A stretch of DNA of 64,000 nt from the human T2T-CHM13v2.0 reference genome, Homo sapiens, in assembly GCF_009914755.1 (NCBI RefSeq), contig NC_060925.1. The stretch is one strand, 5' to 3'. The notes beneath the pieces are model-generated. The model saw only the letters and a list, made by a program, of their open reading frames with translations, made no database searches and was not told where the DNA came from. The first letter of the stretch is position 1. Every line of letters begins with the position of its first letter. The position numbers were made by a program, and so were the translations under genes. Shown piece by piece: positions 29,541 through 44,510 of the stretch.

Positions 29541-30216
29541 ATTTAAAAACCATGCAATCTTGTCTTTGAAAACTGTACTGTTCAGGAAGATCTAAGAAGA
29601 TGAATACTTACTAGGGGCTCTTTTTCTCCTTGAAGAGCTTGAGTGAAATAATGGCTGTTGAACCAAGTTTGTTCTAAGTTCACTGAACTTGATTTATTAG
29701 CATTGAATTTTCTTTTTTAGCTTTTTTTTTTTTTTTTTTTGCTTGTAATTGGCCTCTTCATGTTTAACACAACCCTCCACCTATAAAAATCATAGGATAC
29801 TTCACAGAACAGTGAGAAAAGCGGACCCTTGGGACGTCAAGGGACTTACTAAAAAGCACACAGCTAAGTGGGAGAGTTGAACTAGAACTCTGGTTCTATG
29901 GGTCTATTTTTTATTCTTTCTAGTAGGCCAGGTTGCTATGACAAAACAATAACCCCTTTAAGCTTATTTACAGCTCTTTAACCTAATCAGAAGGCTTTCT
30001 TTAATAGTTGCAGAGGGCACCATACCACAGAGAAAGTTGTCACGAGGTCTGGTGACTTTCCAAACAAAGCCGCTTATCAATTCAATGTTAAAAATATTGG
30101 TCCCATCCTGAGAACTGTGGTTTCCTTTTCTTAATGAAAAAAGCAATAAAACGCAAGTACACATCCATCTACACATACAGGCTGTCAATAATAAAATAAT
30201 GAGAGATGGCACTGAC

Positions 30217-30268
30217 CATAATCTGTGTTTTCCGGCTCCCAACAATTTGATGGCCAAAAATAGGGGGT
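30217..30268 (-). CDS. RGS7: RGS7 internal coding exon (DEP/DHEX junction), 52 nt; not in ORF track
   Basis: Minus strand ACC CCC TAT TTT TGG...GAT TAT G = [17 protein letters not shown]+G, directly continuing FYRFQ. Acceptor ttcattccgcAG (30270-30269); donor G|GTCAGT (30216). The intervening intron 30269-36106 is 5838 nt. Confidence 0.96.
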
Positions 30269-30863
30269 CTGCGGAATGAAAAGAAGTGGAACCCAGATTA
30301 GACAAATAAAAAATTAGTGGAGTTTCTGGCCAGTGAATTACATTTATCTTCCACAATTCTCTATATTAGTTTGCTATATGTTTTATAATACAGAACATGT
30401 TCCAAGAGAGACATTGAAAACTCTTTGTCTACATGTACTTTGCTGACCAATTGCTCAGCTTCTAAACATGTGTAGTACCAGCAAGCAGGTATTTAGAATG
30501 TCATCCCTTTGCTGTAATTTTACACCAACTGACATAAAGGCAAAAAGGTCTGATTGTATATTCAAGCAAAAAGTATTCATCCACAGAGAGGACTGAAAGA
30601 GTATGTTCGGCAAGACTCAGGATGAAATATATTTAAATATAACAAATTGTTTTCTATGAATCATGTATTTCAACACTGCTTTTGGTAGCTCCAAAAAGCT
30701 CAACCAACCGATAGACTCTTTCTCTGAGATCTGACAATGATTTGCCTGGCTCCATTAGTCATATAATTCAGTTCTCAGCATTGTCCAATGAGATTAAAGC
30801 AACTTTTTACTCTCACTTTTAAAGACATTTCCTAAATTCCTCTTGTAACTAATTTCTACCATT

Positions 30864-31130
30864 TAGTCGTGCAACAGGGTGACTCGAGTCAATAGTAACT
30901 TAATTATACATTTAAAAATAACTAAGAGTGTAACTGGATTGTTTGTAACACAAAGAATAAATGCTTGAGGGAATGGAGATCCCATTCTCCATGATGTGAT
31001 GACTCCACATTGCATCCTTGTATCCAAACACCTCATGTATTCCATACGTATAAACACCTATTATGTACCCACAAAAATTAAAATTATAAAATTTAAATTA
31101 AAAAAACCTACAAAAAATAAATAAAAATAG
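30864..31130 (+). mobile_element. L1MA 3' end
   Basis: caacagggtgact..gtaactggattgtttgtaacacaaag..tatgtacccacaaaaatta plus A-rich tail. Confidence 0.88.
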
Positions 31131-31970
31131 AAACATTTCCTTACAAAGACACTTGTTTCTCTAAAGTTTTAAACTGCACAAATCAGAGATTTTTTTTAAA
31201 GGAATAGTGTCTTAATTGAGTGATACAATCTGCAATAGGCAGAATCCAGATTCTGTAGAATCTAGAAACTGACTGACTAAACTACAAAGAAAATGTCTGA
31301 CCGAGAGAAACTTTATTATTATCATTAACATTTATATTTTCTAAAAGGACTTTCCTAGCCCTGCTAGCTGAACATGCTTGGCTCCTGACCACGAAGAAAC
31401 CTGATGATCACCTGTCTCCTTATCAACCCCTAGTCCCTGGAATGATGAGGCCTGCAGGACTCACTGTAACAGTGATGGCAAATATCAGTACTGTGGGCTT
31501 AATTCTATCTGTTAGCTAATTACACTAACTACCATGTGCAATAAGCATATTTGGAGTCATCTCTGATTATCTGATCATTTTCCCCTCTAGAAGAGAGACT
31601 CTAAAGAAGGGAAAATGGGTAGATAGGGAGAACTGTTTGAATCTCTACAGAAAAGTCTTTCCAAACTGTCTCAGAGGCCCCCCCGACTACCATCACCCAG
31701 GGATTTCAACTTACCCTCCGTTCTTTCTTGGGAATTACAGTAGTAAAATAAAGAAGGCTACTAACAGTAGTTTTGTGAACATGAGAACAAAATCATCGTA
31801 GGAATTCTGAAGAAAGAAAAAAAGACTAAACTGCTAGACAAAAGAGGATAGTAAGACTTTATGTGGGTCACCCTTATCACCCCAATCTCACTTGACTCCA
31901 TAGGAGATGAAGCTTTGAGAATTCGATTTCTTAAAAATAAAATTGAATCAGGATTCTAGGATAGCCCTAG

Positions 31971-32688
<718 letters not shown>

Positions 32689-33447
32689 GGTGTTACTTTC
32701 TGAGATGCTTCTTACGGAGTGCATTGTTCCCTCTGGGTAGTTTCTATATTTTGGGGAGTATATATGTGTATGTATAGGTGTGTGTGCAGGCATATCTATT
32801 TATCTAACCTTAAAATACCTATTCTACTCAGACAAGACATATACTTTTTTCCCACAAAAGCACAAAAAATATTCTCAACTGCATTCTTATATTTTTCTTC
32901 ATTCTCCATCATTTACTTTAGTGAGAATTTAATGACTGTAAAATTAAAGCATAAAGTAATTTTTTCTTGTGATATTATGTGGAAATGCCACTAAACCAAT
33001 GTTCTTCACTAATATGGAAGATTTTTTCTAAGAAGTAGTGTTTTGATCTGTAGTAAACGATAATATAGGAGAACAACAAACTCTTACAGTTTTTTTTGGA
33101 ATTTAAATACATACTTTCATAGTTCTACCATACATTAGGACATTTTAATGCATGAGTTTCTTGATTTTTCAATATTGGCTTCCTTAGCTAGGATGAAACT
33201 CATCCAAAACTGTTCAACTGTTGTTCAATAACTGTTGGAGCATATACTAATGTATTGAAAGTCATGAAAGAGAGCTAAAGAATTACATCAGATCTCATTT
33301 TCAGTTAGCTAAGAGAGGATGATTAGACAATTGTGACTTTACGGTAAATTTAAAAAATCACATGATTAAGACATGTACTACAAATTTGAGACAAATATAT
33401 AAACTGTCATGCCAATGAAATAAAGATTTCTGTTTATCTCAAATTAA

Positions 33448-33842
<395 letters not shown>

Positions 33843-34321
33843 TAATTTATGATTTTAAAATATCCTTCCAAGGAGTTGAATTTCACTTCGGTGTAATAAA
33901 GAACTTTCGCTGCTTGGAACCAACGTAAAAACAGAAGTGAAGACCTTGAATAATAATTTGTTTTCTATTATTGGAACTCTTCAAATATGGACTGGTTAAT
34001 GACTTGGTAGACATTATAGTAGAAATTCAGTTACCTCTGAGTTTTCTGGTGTTTTTTAAAATCTTGGTTTCAGAACTCTAATATTATTAGATTTACAAAT
34101 GTGTTTGTTATATTTAGATACTATTTCAAATATGGATGCATCATTAAAATATGTAACATTTACTATTTAGCACTAATGTAATTTTAATGTGTATATGTAT
34201 AGATAGTTTATTTTATATCTGCCTATCTATCTCAGCACACTGAACTTGACAACTCTCTGTCTATCCCTAGTAGTTACATAATTCATATGTCATTTGTACC
34301 CATTCCCTTGCTTTGTTCTAA

Positions 34322-34704
<383 letters not shown>

Positions 34705-36106
34705 TCGGTGCCCTTTTAGACCCATGAGCATGACTAAGACATGTAAACCTTGTCTGTCTACTACATTTTCTGGGAATAGAGATTTCTTTAAAAAAATCAG
34801 GAAGCATTAGTCACATAAAAACAATTTATTTGCTGATCACCAATAATTCCTAGTTATTAAAAATTTAATCTTGGGGCCAGAAGTTACTTTAATAATATGC
34901 TATTTTAAGCTACCATTAGTGTAAGTTTTGCTGTATAAAGAATAAAGCTCCATTAATGTAAAGCTTTTTTAAGTTACGTAATTTAACTAAGTGCTTGAAT
35001 ACTTAGGTCAGTATCACAGTTTCAGGATACAGCTTTATTTCCTCCTAGCTCTTAAGTCCAAAACTGTCCTACGATTATTTGCCTTGGAAGAAATGAGTCC
35101 AAGGAAGGGGCAGTGAGACTGTTCTATGAGGACAATAATCTTTAAAATGATTTTTTAAAGCAAATGATTAAAGTGATTTTTAAAGCATATTTCCTCTTTG
35201 TTCTCAGTTTTCCCAAACAAATTTTAGGTACTCTGATTACTATTCAGTCATTTATGTAGACATAGAGCATTTAATAATACTTAGAACAAGTGAGAAGAAG
35301 GCTCCAAAGTCTGAAAGTTGGACTGTGGGGAGAACCCTCCAGCAAATACCTCTTGGAAATGGATTAGAGTTTGACATCCAGCATTTTATGTGCCTTAATT
35401 TTACAGGCTAGAATCTGCTAATCAGTTATTAATGAGCCATAATGTCTACTGAAATGTAGAATATACTTTAGGTAAATCAATGTGAACTCAAGTGTCAAAT
35501 ATACTTACAATGACTGAAATCAGAGTCCACAATCATTGCCAGAAAGAATAATAGCATCTGTGTCATTTGCAAATGACCTAGAATGACTCTTATCAGTTTG
35601 CAAGTTATCTGAGGTGTCCTGTTGCAGTTGAGTGCACACACACAATATATCATCATGTCAGTCTTTACAGATTTGTAGAAGAGCCTAGGATGCTGAGAGT
35701 TTATTAATTAGCTGAATCCTATCTGGAGTTTCAAGCATTCCTGTTAAAATTTACTTGGGCTGAAGATGGTCTGGATCACAGGCAAGGGTCAGACAGAGGA
35801 AGACTCTCCGGTCCTTCCGAATGCCATTAAGTCACTTTATGAATTTCCCTTAAGCTTTTCATATAAAATAGAAATTCAATCATCACACAATTTAGCTTTC
35901 ACACATCATCTTGACTAAGCATACTTTATCTTTCTCTGTGTTTATTGCTTTTTATGTCTTTAGTTTAATGTTAATCAGTTTCTAACTAGCCTAAGTCAAA
36001 GTAAAATAAGTCATAGTTTTTAAAAGTTCTGTTCAAAAGAAACCTAACTAACAAACGAAATGCGGGCTTCTAGTTTACTGTTAAAGAACATTTCTAATAA
36101 ACTTAC

Positions 36107-36213
36107 TTGAAACCGGTAAAAGGTGCCATCATCCTTGAGTGTGAGGACATGATCTGAGATTGGAAAGAAGTAGCCGTGGGCAGCCATTAATGTTCCCAAA
36201 TGGAGCGCCTCCA
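36107..36213 (-). CDS. RGS7: RGS7 internal coding exon (DEP domain), 107 nt
   Basis: Minus strand reads (G)TG GAG GCG...CAA = [36 protein letters not shown], recognised as the RGS7 DEP domain (RGS6 differs, e.g. VEAIHLGSLIAAQGY). Acceptor ...ttgttttcataaaacAG at 36215-36214; donor CAA|GTAAGT at 36106. Phase 1 start, phase 0 end. Confidence 0.96.
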
Positions 36214-36300
36214 CTGTTTTATGAAAACAAACAAAGAACATAAAAAAGCCTTTTAAATGTATTCTTTTATAGGAATGTAACGTTTTTGTGTGGTTCCTTT

Positions 36301-36875
36301 TGTCAGATACAGTAAGTTCCTCTTGAAAGATTTAATTTCTGACTTCCTTGTTCTTTGCTCTCGAGATAAACTTCCTTGTCCCTTCTCCTAAGCTACCTGC
36401 TCTGTAAACAACTTCTCCTACCAGTCCCAGTCTGTAACTCACATCTCTTCCTTATTTGGAAACAGTCCTCCTTTACTCCTGGCTACCCATTCTGTAAACT
36501 GCCCCTCCCACTGAAACAGGTCTTCCAGCCAAAACTACACTTCCTGCCTTTGCCGTGCCCTGACATGCCCAAACATGCCTTGTACCGAAACGGACAGCCT
36601 CTCCCTTCCCACCTAATTAGCCATATTCAATTTTAAACAGTAGCCAATCGGGTCAGTTTAGATTGTGTGGTACGACTCCAGCCAATGGGGACAGGACACA
36701 GAAGCAGGGACTAATAGCGTTAGGGATAAAAACCCCTTCCCTCCTTTGTTCGGTGTGCTCTCGCAGTGGCCAGAAGTGCGAGTGGCACCCTTCTGCAGAA
36801 GTAAATTTGCCTTGCTGAGAAATCCTTTGTTTGAGTGCTCGTTTTCCTTGCGACTCCCAGCTCTTGTTTCTAACA
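36301..36875 (+). mobile_element. ERV1 solo LTR, LTR10-like
   Basis: TGTCAGATACAGTAAGTTCCTCTT...TTTCTAACA; 4-bp TSD CTTT; CCAAT at 36644 and 36682; GATAAAAA 36725; AGTAAA 36800. Confidence 0.82.
36561..36580. promoter_or_regulatory. p53-family response element motif (19/20, no spacer)
   Basis: TGACATGCCC AAACATGCCT versus RRRCWWGYYY x2; a degenerate third half-site TGCCGTGCCC at 36551-36560. Motif only, binding not shown. Confidence 0.7.
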
Positions 36876-37608
36876 CTTTAGAGTACATTCTTGGCATTCT
36901 GAAAACCTGGCTTTGTGCTTTTTCTTCTTTTTTCAGCTCTTTCTCACAAGACACTAAGATGGTTCTAGTTCCTGGTAGCAACTGCCATGACCAACCTCAT
37001 CCAATGACAACAAGTCCATGAGAAGATAAAGTTAAGAAACATTAAAATGGGAAGGCTCTTCTCAATCTGTAGAGTATGTCTCCCTCATTTTATAGATGTG
37101 TGTTGGCCCATGTGATAATGTTCTCTCACAGGCAGTTGCATTTGGCATTTATAGCACTTTAAACTTTTAAAAGTTTTCACTTGCATCACCTCATTCTCAA
37201 TATCATAGCAATCTAGTACCATCAGTAATGTTTCTAATGATATGGACCATTATTTTGTGATGCTATGAGGGAATGTTAAGGCATCAAGGACCATGTATGC
37301 TGCACTATTGAATCTACAGACTGGTGATTGTAAAGATTGTTCTAGCTTTTACTATTCTATACAGTGTTCTAAATATGGAGTAGGAAGAGATTTATTGGAC
37401 AATGTAAACATATAGTCTGAAACTAAGGCTGTAATACTCATACTGTTTATAGCTGCCAACAATTTCTTCCAACAAAAGGGTTAGTAAAATTTGGTCAATA
37501 GTTATTACTGCGTTTGTGCAGAGATGACATAAAGTTTTCTAACTTAAAGGCTAGAAAATATGAAATTATGCAAAATAGTTTTCTACCCCAACAAAAAAAA
37601 TATATGTA

Positions 37609-37772
37609 CAGTTGTCCCTTGGTATCCTCAGGGGATTGGTTTGAGGACCTGCACAGATACCAAACATCAAGGATGCTCAAGTTCCCCACTTTGCCCTCCC
37701 ACATCTGTGGATTTTTGATCATGGGTGGTTGAATCCACAGATGTGGAAGTCATAAATAGAGAGGGCCTACTG
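37609..37772 (+). mobile_element. internally deleted MER2 (Tc1/mariner-Tigger)
   Basis: TA|CAGTTGTCCCTTGGTATC...GAGGGCCTACTG|TA; TIRs and TA TSD. Confidence 0.85.
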
Positions 37773-38323
37773 TATGTAGAAAATACCAGAAAAGTTAGAT
37801 TTATTTATCTGTTTATGTATCTTTATGTATAATTCATTTATAAATTTATTTCTGTTTCTTAGTCAAGAAGCTAGGATTCTTACAGCAGTTCTAGGACAAC
37901 ATGGATCTATCTATATCTCCAGCCATCAACCATGGGGAGCTTTTACACCTCAGTTAAGAACTGAGTAACTAAGTAGCTAGCTATGGTACAGCAAAGCATA
38001 AGAATCCCATCCTTTTACCCCTTACACCTACATAAATAAACAATTTGTTGTTAAATTTTTATCTGTTTTGGGGTACTATGATGCCCCTTGAAATTGTTAT
38101 CTAGCATTTTGCAAACATTTCAATTGATAACTTCTACCTCTGATCTCTCCCTGCATTGTTCTTGCCGATAATAAAGAACAACTGCCAATTATTCTTCATT
38201 CTTTGCCCTGGCTTTGGAAGACTGTTACTAACTGCTCCAGCCATCATCTCCAAACTCGCAGTCAAGTCTCTCTGTATAGAATGTTGTTTTTTGTACAGAG
38301 GAGCATTTTTTTTTCATCAATTT

Positions 38324-38328
<5 letters not shown>

Positions 38329-38354
<26 letters not shown>
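38329..38354. repeat. (GT)n microsatellite
   Basis: About 13 GT units. Confidence 0.95.
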
Positions 38355-39070
38355 ATTTCCATCATTTCAACATCCTTTCAGTTCAAAGTCAAGGCCTTCT
38401 CAAAGCATGCATTGCTCATAGCAACATGCCTACCTATCCTTGTTAAAACTTTAGTGCCAGGGTGTCATTGTGGAAAGAACAAGAACTTTGGAGACACCCA
38501 CTGTCTTCTGTTACTTTCATTCTCTGTGCCTCCCCCATCTATTAATAAAGGTCATAAACCTACCTGGCAGGATTGACGTGAGAATGACATAAGCACACTT
38601 GTAATGAAATTGGAATCATGCTTCCAGCCTAGTAGGTACTATGTATATGGTAGCTACTGTGCTTCATTATTTACACACAAAATAATTTTTACTTTTCTAC
38701 AAACCACTTTCAGAGAATCTACTTCCATACATTTGCCTTCTGCTAGGTTGAGTGAATATTTCCAACACAAAAAAAACATAAAACTTTGAAGTGATAGATA
38801 TGTTAATTATTCTGATTTGATCATTGCACATTTCATGTATTGAAATATTACTCTGTACCCTATAAATATCTAACAAAAGTTTTAAAAAGCTAGGCTGAGT
38901 GAGGAATCCTGACAGTCCTAAGCAGCCACGTTCATCAACATCATCTTATTCTCTTTTTTTTTGACTGTCTGTAAAATTAAAATGGTAAGAGGATCTAGAA
39001 AGATAGTTGGCCCATAACAAATGAGCAGGTGGTTATAGTCCTGGTTAAATTCTGAATCCCTAAGTACCCC

Positions 39071-39943
<873 letters not shown>

Positions 39944-41771
39944 CCTGTTAGGGAATATAGGGTGGGGCAACATGTAACATCCTTTGTAGGTGGCCCATCT
40001 GTCTTCGTATAGCCATCTTTATTATTTTAGTCCCAGCAGTCTGTGGCCTGGGAAGATAGTGTTAGCACACTTTCCCGGAAGAAAAATTAAGTTACGGCAC
40101 ATAAGGAAATCTGCGGAGTATAGATACAAGAAGGGAAAACTGAGATGCCCAGGAAGATAGACAGTAAGAGGAGCTTCTGAGTTCTAAGCATAGGAAAGAG
40201 TGTGACTAAAACCAAGCCAAGGAACAACAAAAAGCAATTGGGTGTTAAAGTGTTGATGAGGATTAGAAAAATAGAGTGAAAGTAAATATAGAGATGCTAC
40301 AAAAAAGAAAAACAGAAGTGAGTGATCATAAGACTATTCTTGACTCCTGCATCTCATTAACTACTAATTTACAAGTTATATACTTATAGAGTGCAAAGTG
40401 TATGTTGGCAGGTTCTTCTTCATGTAATACTACCATAATTAGTCATTAATAAATGCTTGCAAATGAGTATGAGTGAATTAGTAAAATTCTCCTTCCTTTT
40501 TTGAGGTACAATATTTTCATTTGATTTGATGATATGCATTCTCATTTTACTTCTCTTCTGAGTGATACTTATGTTCCATAATTTTACAATTAAGGAAAAT
40601 TTGTTTTGATACTTTTGCATCATGTCATGAATTTAGTAGAAATATACTGGTGGTGATACAGGTAAGACCTAGATTTAATTTCTATGTGAGTCACACACAT
40701 TTCATATGTCAAGGTGAAATCAAACCTTTTGACTTAATAGTTAAGAGGACTGATCTTCTCACAATGCTTACAAATGGTTTTAAGATTTTTGGTCAAATAG
40801 TAATCTAGAGGTACTGAAATAATAATAGATATTTTGTGTTCATTACAGGATCTCCAGAAAATATAGCTCCAGAGCAGGATAAATGCCTAGATGAAAAATC
40901 AGAAAGTTGGGGTGAATTTTTTGCTTCATTTAGGATGACAAGTTTAGCACTCAGCATATCCATGGCAAAAGTAGCAAGTGAATCAATATTTGCTAAATCA
41001 ATGAACAAGGACATTTATGAGTAAATGACACACCAAGAATATTAAAAACCTAACACTGCATAGAAAAACACCAGGCTAATTATTGTGTGTTATAAGCTGT
41101 TGAGGTGGGGCTATTGTAGCTATTTTGTTGTGAGAAAATATAATAGTGATATTAACAAGATAAATGCCAGTAAGAATGGACTTGGGGCAGTATTCTCAAG
41201 ACAGACTTGTTTATTGTTAGGGACAAACATGGTGCCACAGTTCCCTGTGGTCCCACTGCTCCGAAATCTTAGCACCATCTTAATCTAATAAGAATCCATA
41301 AGACCGCTGACAATCTTGGAACAAAGTGTTGAAAGAGTTTACTGAGTAATCTGTCAAGATCACTCTCCCAATAACGGCACACCAGATGGCCCAGCAGCAT
41401 CACGCTTCACGGCAAAATAATCGCTAATTAATCTTCTCGTACATGTGTTATTCTCTTCACCCACACAGCTAAAGTTCAACAATAAACCTACTAAAAAATT
41501 CCAGCTTATTTTTTTGTTTGGATATTCAAGCCATGAGCAAGCTGAGAAACAAAAATCAATCTCCAAACACCTCTGATTAAGTGAACAGCCTAGAACAGCT
41601 TTGTTAAGCCTGATACCAACATAGGATGATTTCACCCCAAACTCTAAAGGAATGGTATTATCAACATCCTCGGATAGCGAAGAGAATTCTCCACAGCATA
41701 ATTTGCTTTTGACCACAACGATTTCAAAAAGTTAACAGGATGAAAACCACAGTATAAAAGAGGCTTGTGGA

Positions 41772-41809
41772 ACTCCAGGGGTGCAATCGGTTAGCTCACG
41801 GTGCTTATA
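41772..41809 (+). pseudogene. tailless retrocopy of the tRNA-Ile(TAT) 5' half (5' exon)
   Basis: 32/38 match to recalled GCTCCAGTGGCGCAATCGGTTAGCGCGCGGTACTTATA; ends at anticodon TAT+A; flanked by direct repeat TATAAAAGAGGCTTG (41753-41767, 41806-41820). Confidence 0.82.
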
Positions 41810-42719
41810 AAAGAGGCTTGAGTACTTGAGTGTAAAGTACTCTATATTTACAATGTAATTTTAAAACTCAGTAATATTTTTCTTACCCAGAGGCTCAACT
41901 TCTTGCAGCCTCCTCTTCTTTTAAATACAGCTCATAATTTTGCAACGATTAATAAAATGCCTCTGAGTCAAGAAAGTAATTTAAAAACTTCACTGAATCC
42001 TGTATTTTTATCACTATCATGTTATTTACTCTTATTTATGTGCATGTATTAACATTTTTTTCATTTCCAACACAGTATAAGTATCAGTAGTGTGTGGGGA
42101 GAAATATTTTAAAAGAAAATCTAAAAAGAAAAAAGATGGCAGCTGATTATATTAAGGAAACAGAGATGCTAAAATGAAGACAAAGGTAAGTTACTTAATG
42201 ATAAAATAACAGGTATTCATCAGGACAATTCTGAGCCATAAAAAGAAGATATGTTAGACTTGTTACTTTCTGTTTAAGAAGACATGGAAGTGGTCATTTT
42301 AGAAATCCTTCAAAATATTATGCTTTATTTTTTAGAACTGGCATTTGGAAAGGTAAGATTATTCATGTAGAAAAATCTCATATGCGGAACATTTTATTCT
42401 CCAACAAAACCAAGTAAAAATGGACTATTACCATATTTAGAAATTTCTGAAGTAAGTTTATTTTCTCAACAGTAGGAGTTAGTAAAAGAAGTACCTCAGC
42501 TTTCATCTTTTTAAAAAAAACATCATTTGCATGTAAGAAAAATCAAGTGCCGCTTTCTCAACAGCAATCATAATTCGGGATAGAGAAGTGAATAATAAGG
42601 TGACATAGAATAGATAAGCTAAAAGAGATTCTATTTGGGAGAAATAAAAACAGAATCATAATTTATATCAACATTGAGGAATGCAATAAGAAATTAATAT
42701 AAGTAAACGCTATTTCCAA

Positions 42720-42980
42720 AAAAGGAGCAGAGTACAAAGGCTATGCCAGTCCCCTGCCTAGGTTCACATCCCGGGTCCCTCATTTGCTGGCTGTGTGACC
42801 TGAGCAAGAGACTTGGATTCTCTGGGCCTTGGTGCCCTCATCTGTAATCATCTGTAAGAAGTTGACAAAATAATAATGCCAAAGATTAGCAGTAAGGATC
42901 CATTGAGATAATATGCACAATGCACTTAAAACACAGTCTACCACACAGACATGCTCCTGAGATGAGAGTTATTATCAGTT
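42720..42980 (+). mobile_element. MIR
   Basis: ctgcctaggttcacatcc..ggctgtgtgacctgagcaag..cctcatctgtaa..gcacttaaaaca. Confidence 0.75.
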
Positions 42981-43767
42981 GATACTTATGAAGTGTCACA
43001 TTCAGGAGCACTTAATCTAGTTTAAGGGGCGATGGGAAACATTAGTAGCTAGTGTTGCTCTGGGTTTCCCAGTCATGTTAAACACTTCCAATTCAACTCT
43101 ATTTTAAACGCCCCAGGTGATCAAACCAGAGTGTTTTGTGGGCTGAAATATGCCTATGTTTTTCCCTACAGCAAAGAACACTAACAAAATCCCAAAAAGA
43201 AATTAGGGACAAACTTATTATATATCACAGGGATAGCCACAGATTTCCAAAGGCGGCATGCTCCACATGCTAGGTTTACAAAACCATACTGTGAATACCA
43301 GATGCCAATGAGAGACCTGCCTGCTTTAGAGGAGGACTGATGTGAGGACACCCTGAACCTGACAGTAGAAGAATAACAGGGACAGAGAGAGCACGGGGAC
43401 AGCAATCAGAATGGGAGATGAATTCTTAGGGAAGCATAATATTTGCCTAGGACTAAAAAAAGAAAATCGACATTAAAATAATAAAGCAATTGGCAGTGAG
43501 AGCAACAGATAATCATAAGTCAACGATCTTTTTTACACACACAGAGTAGACCAGTCTAGATGTCTAATGGCAGTTATGACATCTTAGGCATTCTGCATAG
43601 ATGAAAAATCATGCTGAAATTTGAAAAAATGATCCATGTAATACTGGTGTGAATAACTGGTTTCAGATCTACATTATACAGCCTATATGATATTAGCATG
43701 TTCATTCCCCAGATTTAGATAGGTAGTTCCATCAGCCAATCCTTTAACAAGATTCTGTTATATTATA

Positions 43768-43833
<66 letters not shown>
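43768..43833. repeat. compound (TG)n(TA)n microsatellite
   Basis: About 12 TG followed by about 21 TA units. Confidence 0.95.
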
Positions 43834-43837
<4 letters not shown>

Positions 43838-44194
43838 AGGTGCATAGAATAGTATTCAGATGAGATAAAAATCATGCTTACTTCATCTAAGTACAGTGTG
43901 AGGAAACCATCACAATGGCAAGGGCCAGGGCAGTAATAAATTACAGTGGAAAACAACATTCCATCTAAAATTCAGTATACATTCTGCAAAATTTCCATTA
44001 GTTAATCTGGCTGAATGAGCTGGAAGAAAGTAGGGCACTGAATTAACTTTTTAGTAGGCAGAGGAGTTTCTACAGCATGTATTTCTTCAAATCAGAGAGA
44101 GCACACACTGCCAAACAAGCACATGTGGAAATCATGGGAAAAAAAGGCTCAACTGCAAGTCATGGGGCTTAAATTCTAATCCTAGTGCCTGTAA

Positions 44195-44510
<316 letters not shown>

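Noticed and set aside
36044-36241. 65-aa ORF as a standalone gene
   Set aside because: It is the 107-nt RGS7 exon plus in-frame intronic flanks; splice sites define the real boundaries.
41772-41809. Functional tRNA gene
   Set aside because: No 3' half, B box or terminator; it cannot form a cloverleaf.
43388-43406. REST/RE1-like site (AGCACGGGGACAGC); also TTCAGCA near 12525
   Set aside because: Half-site spacing and key bases do not fit the canonical RE1.
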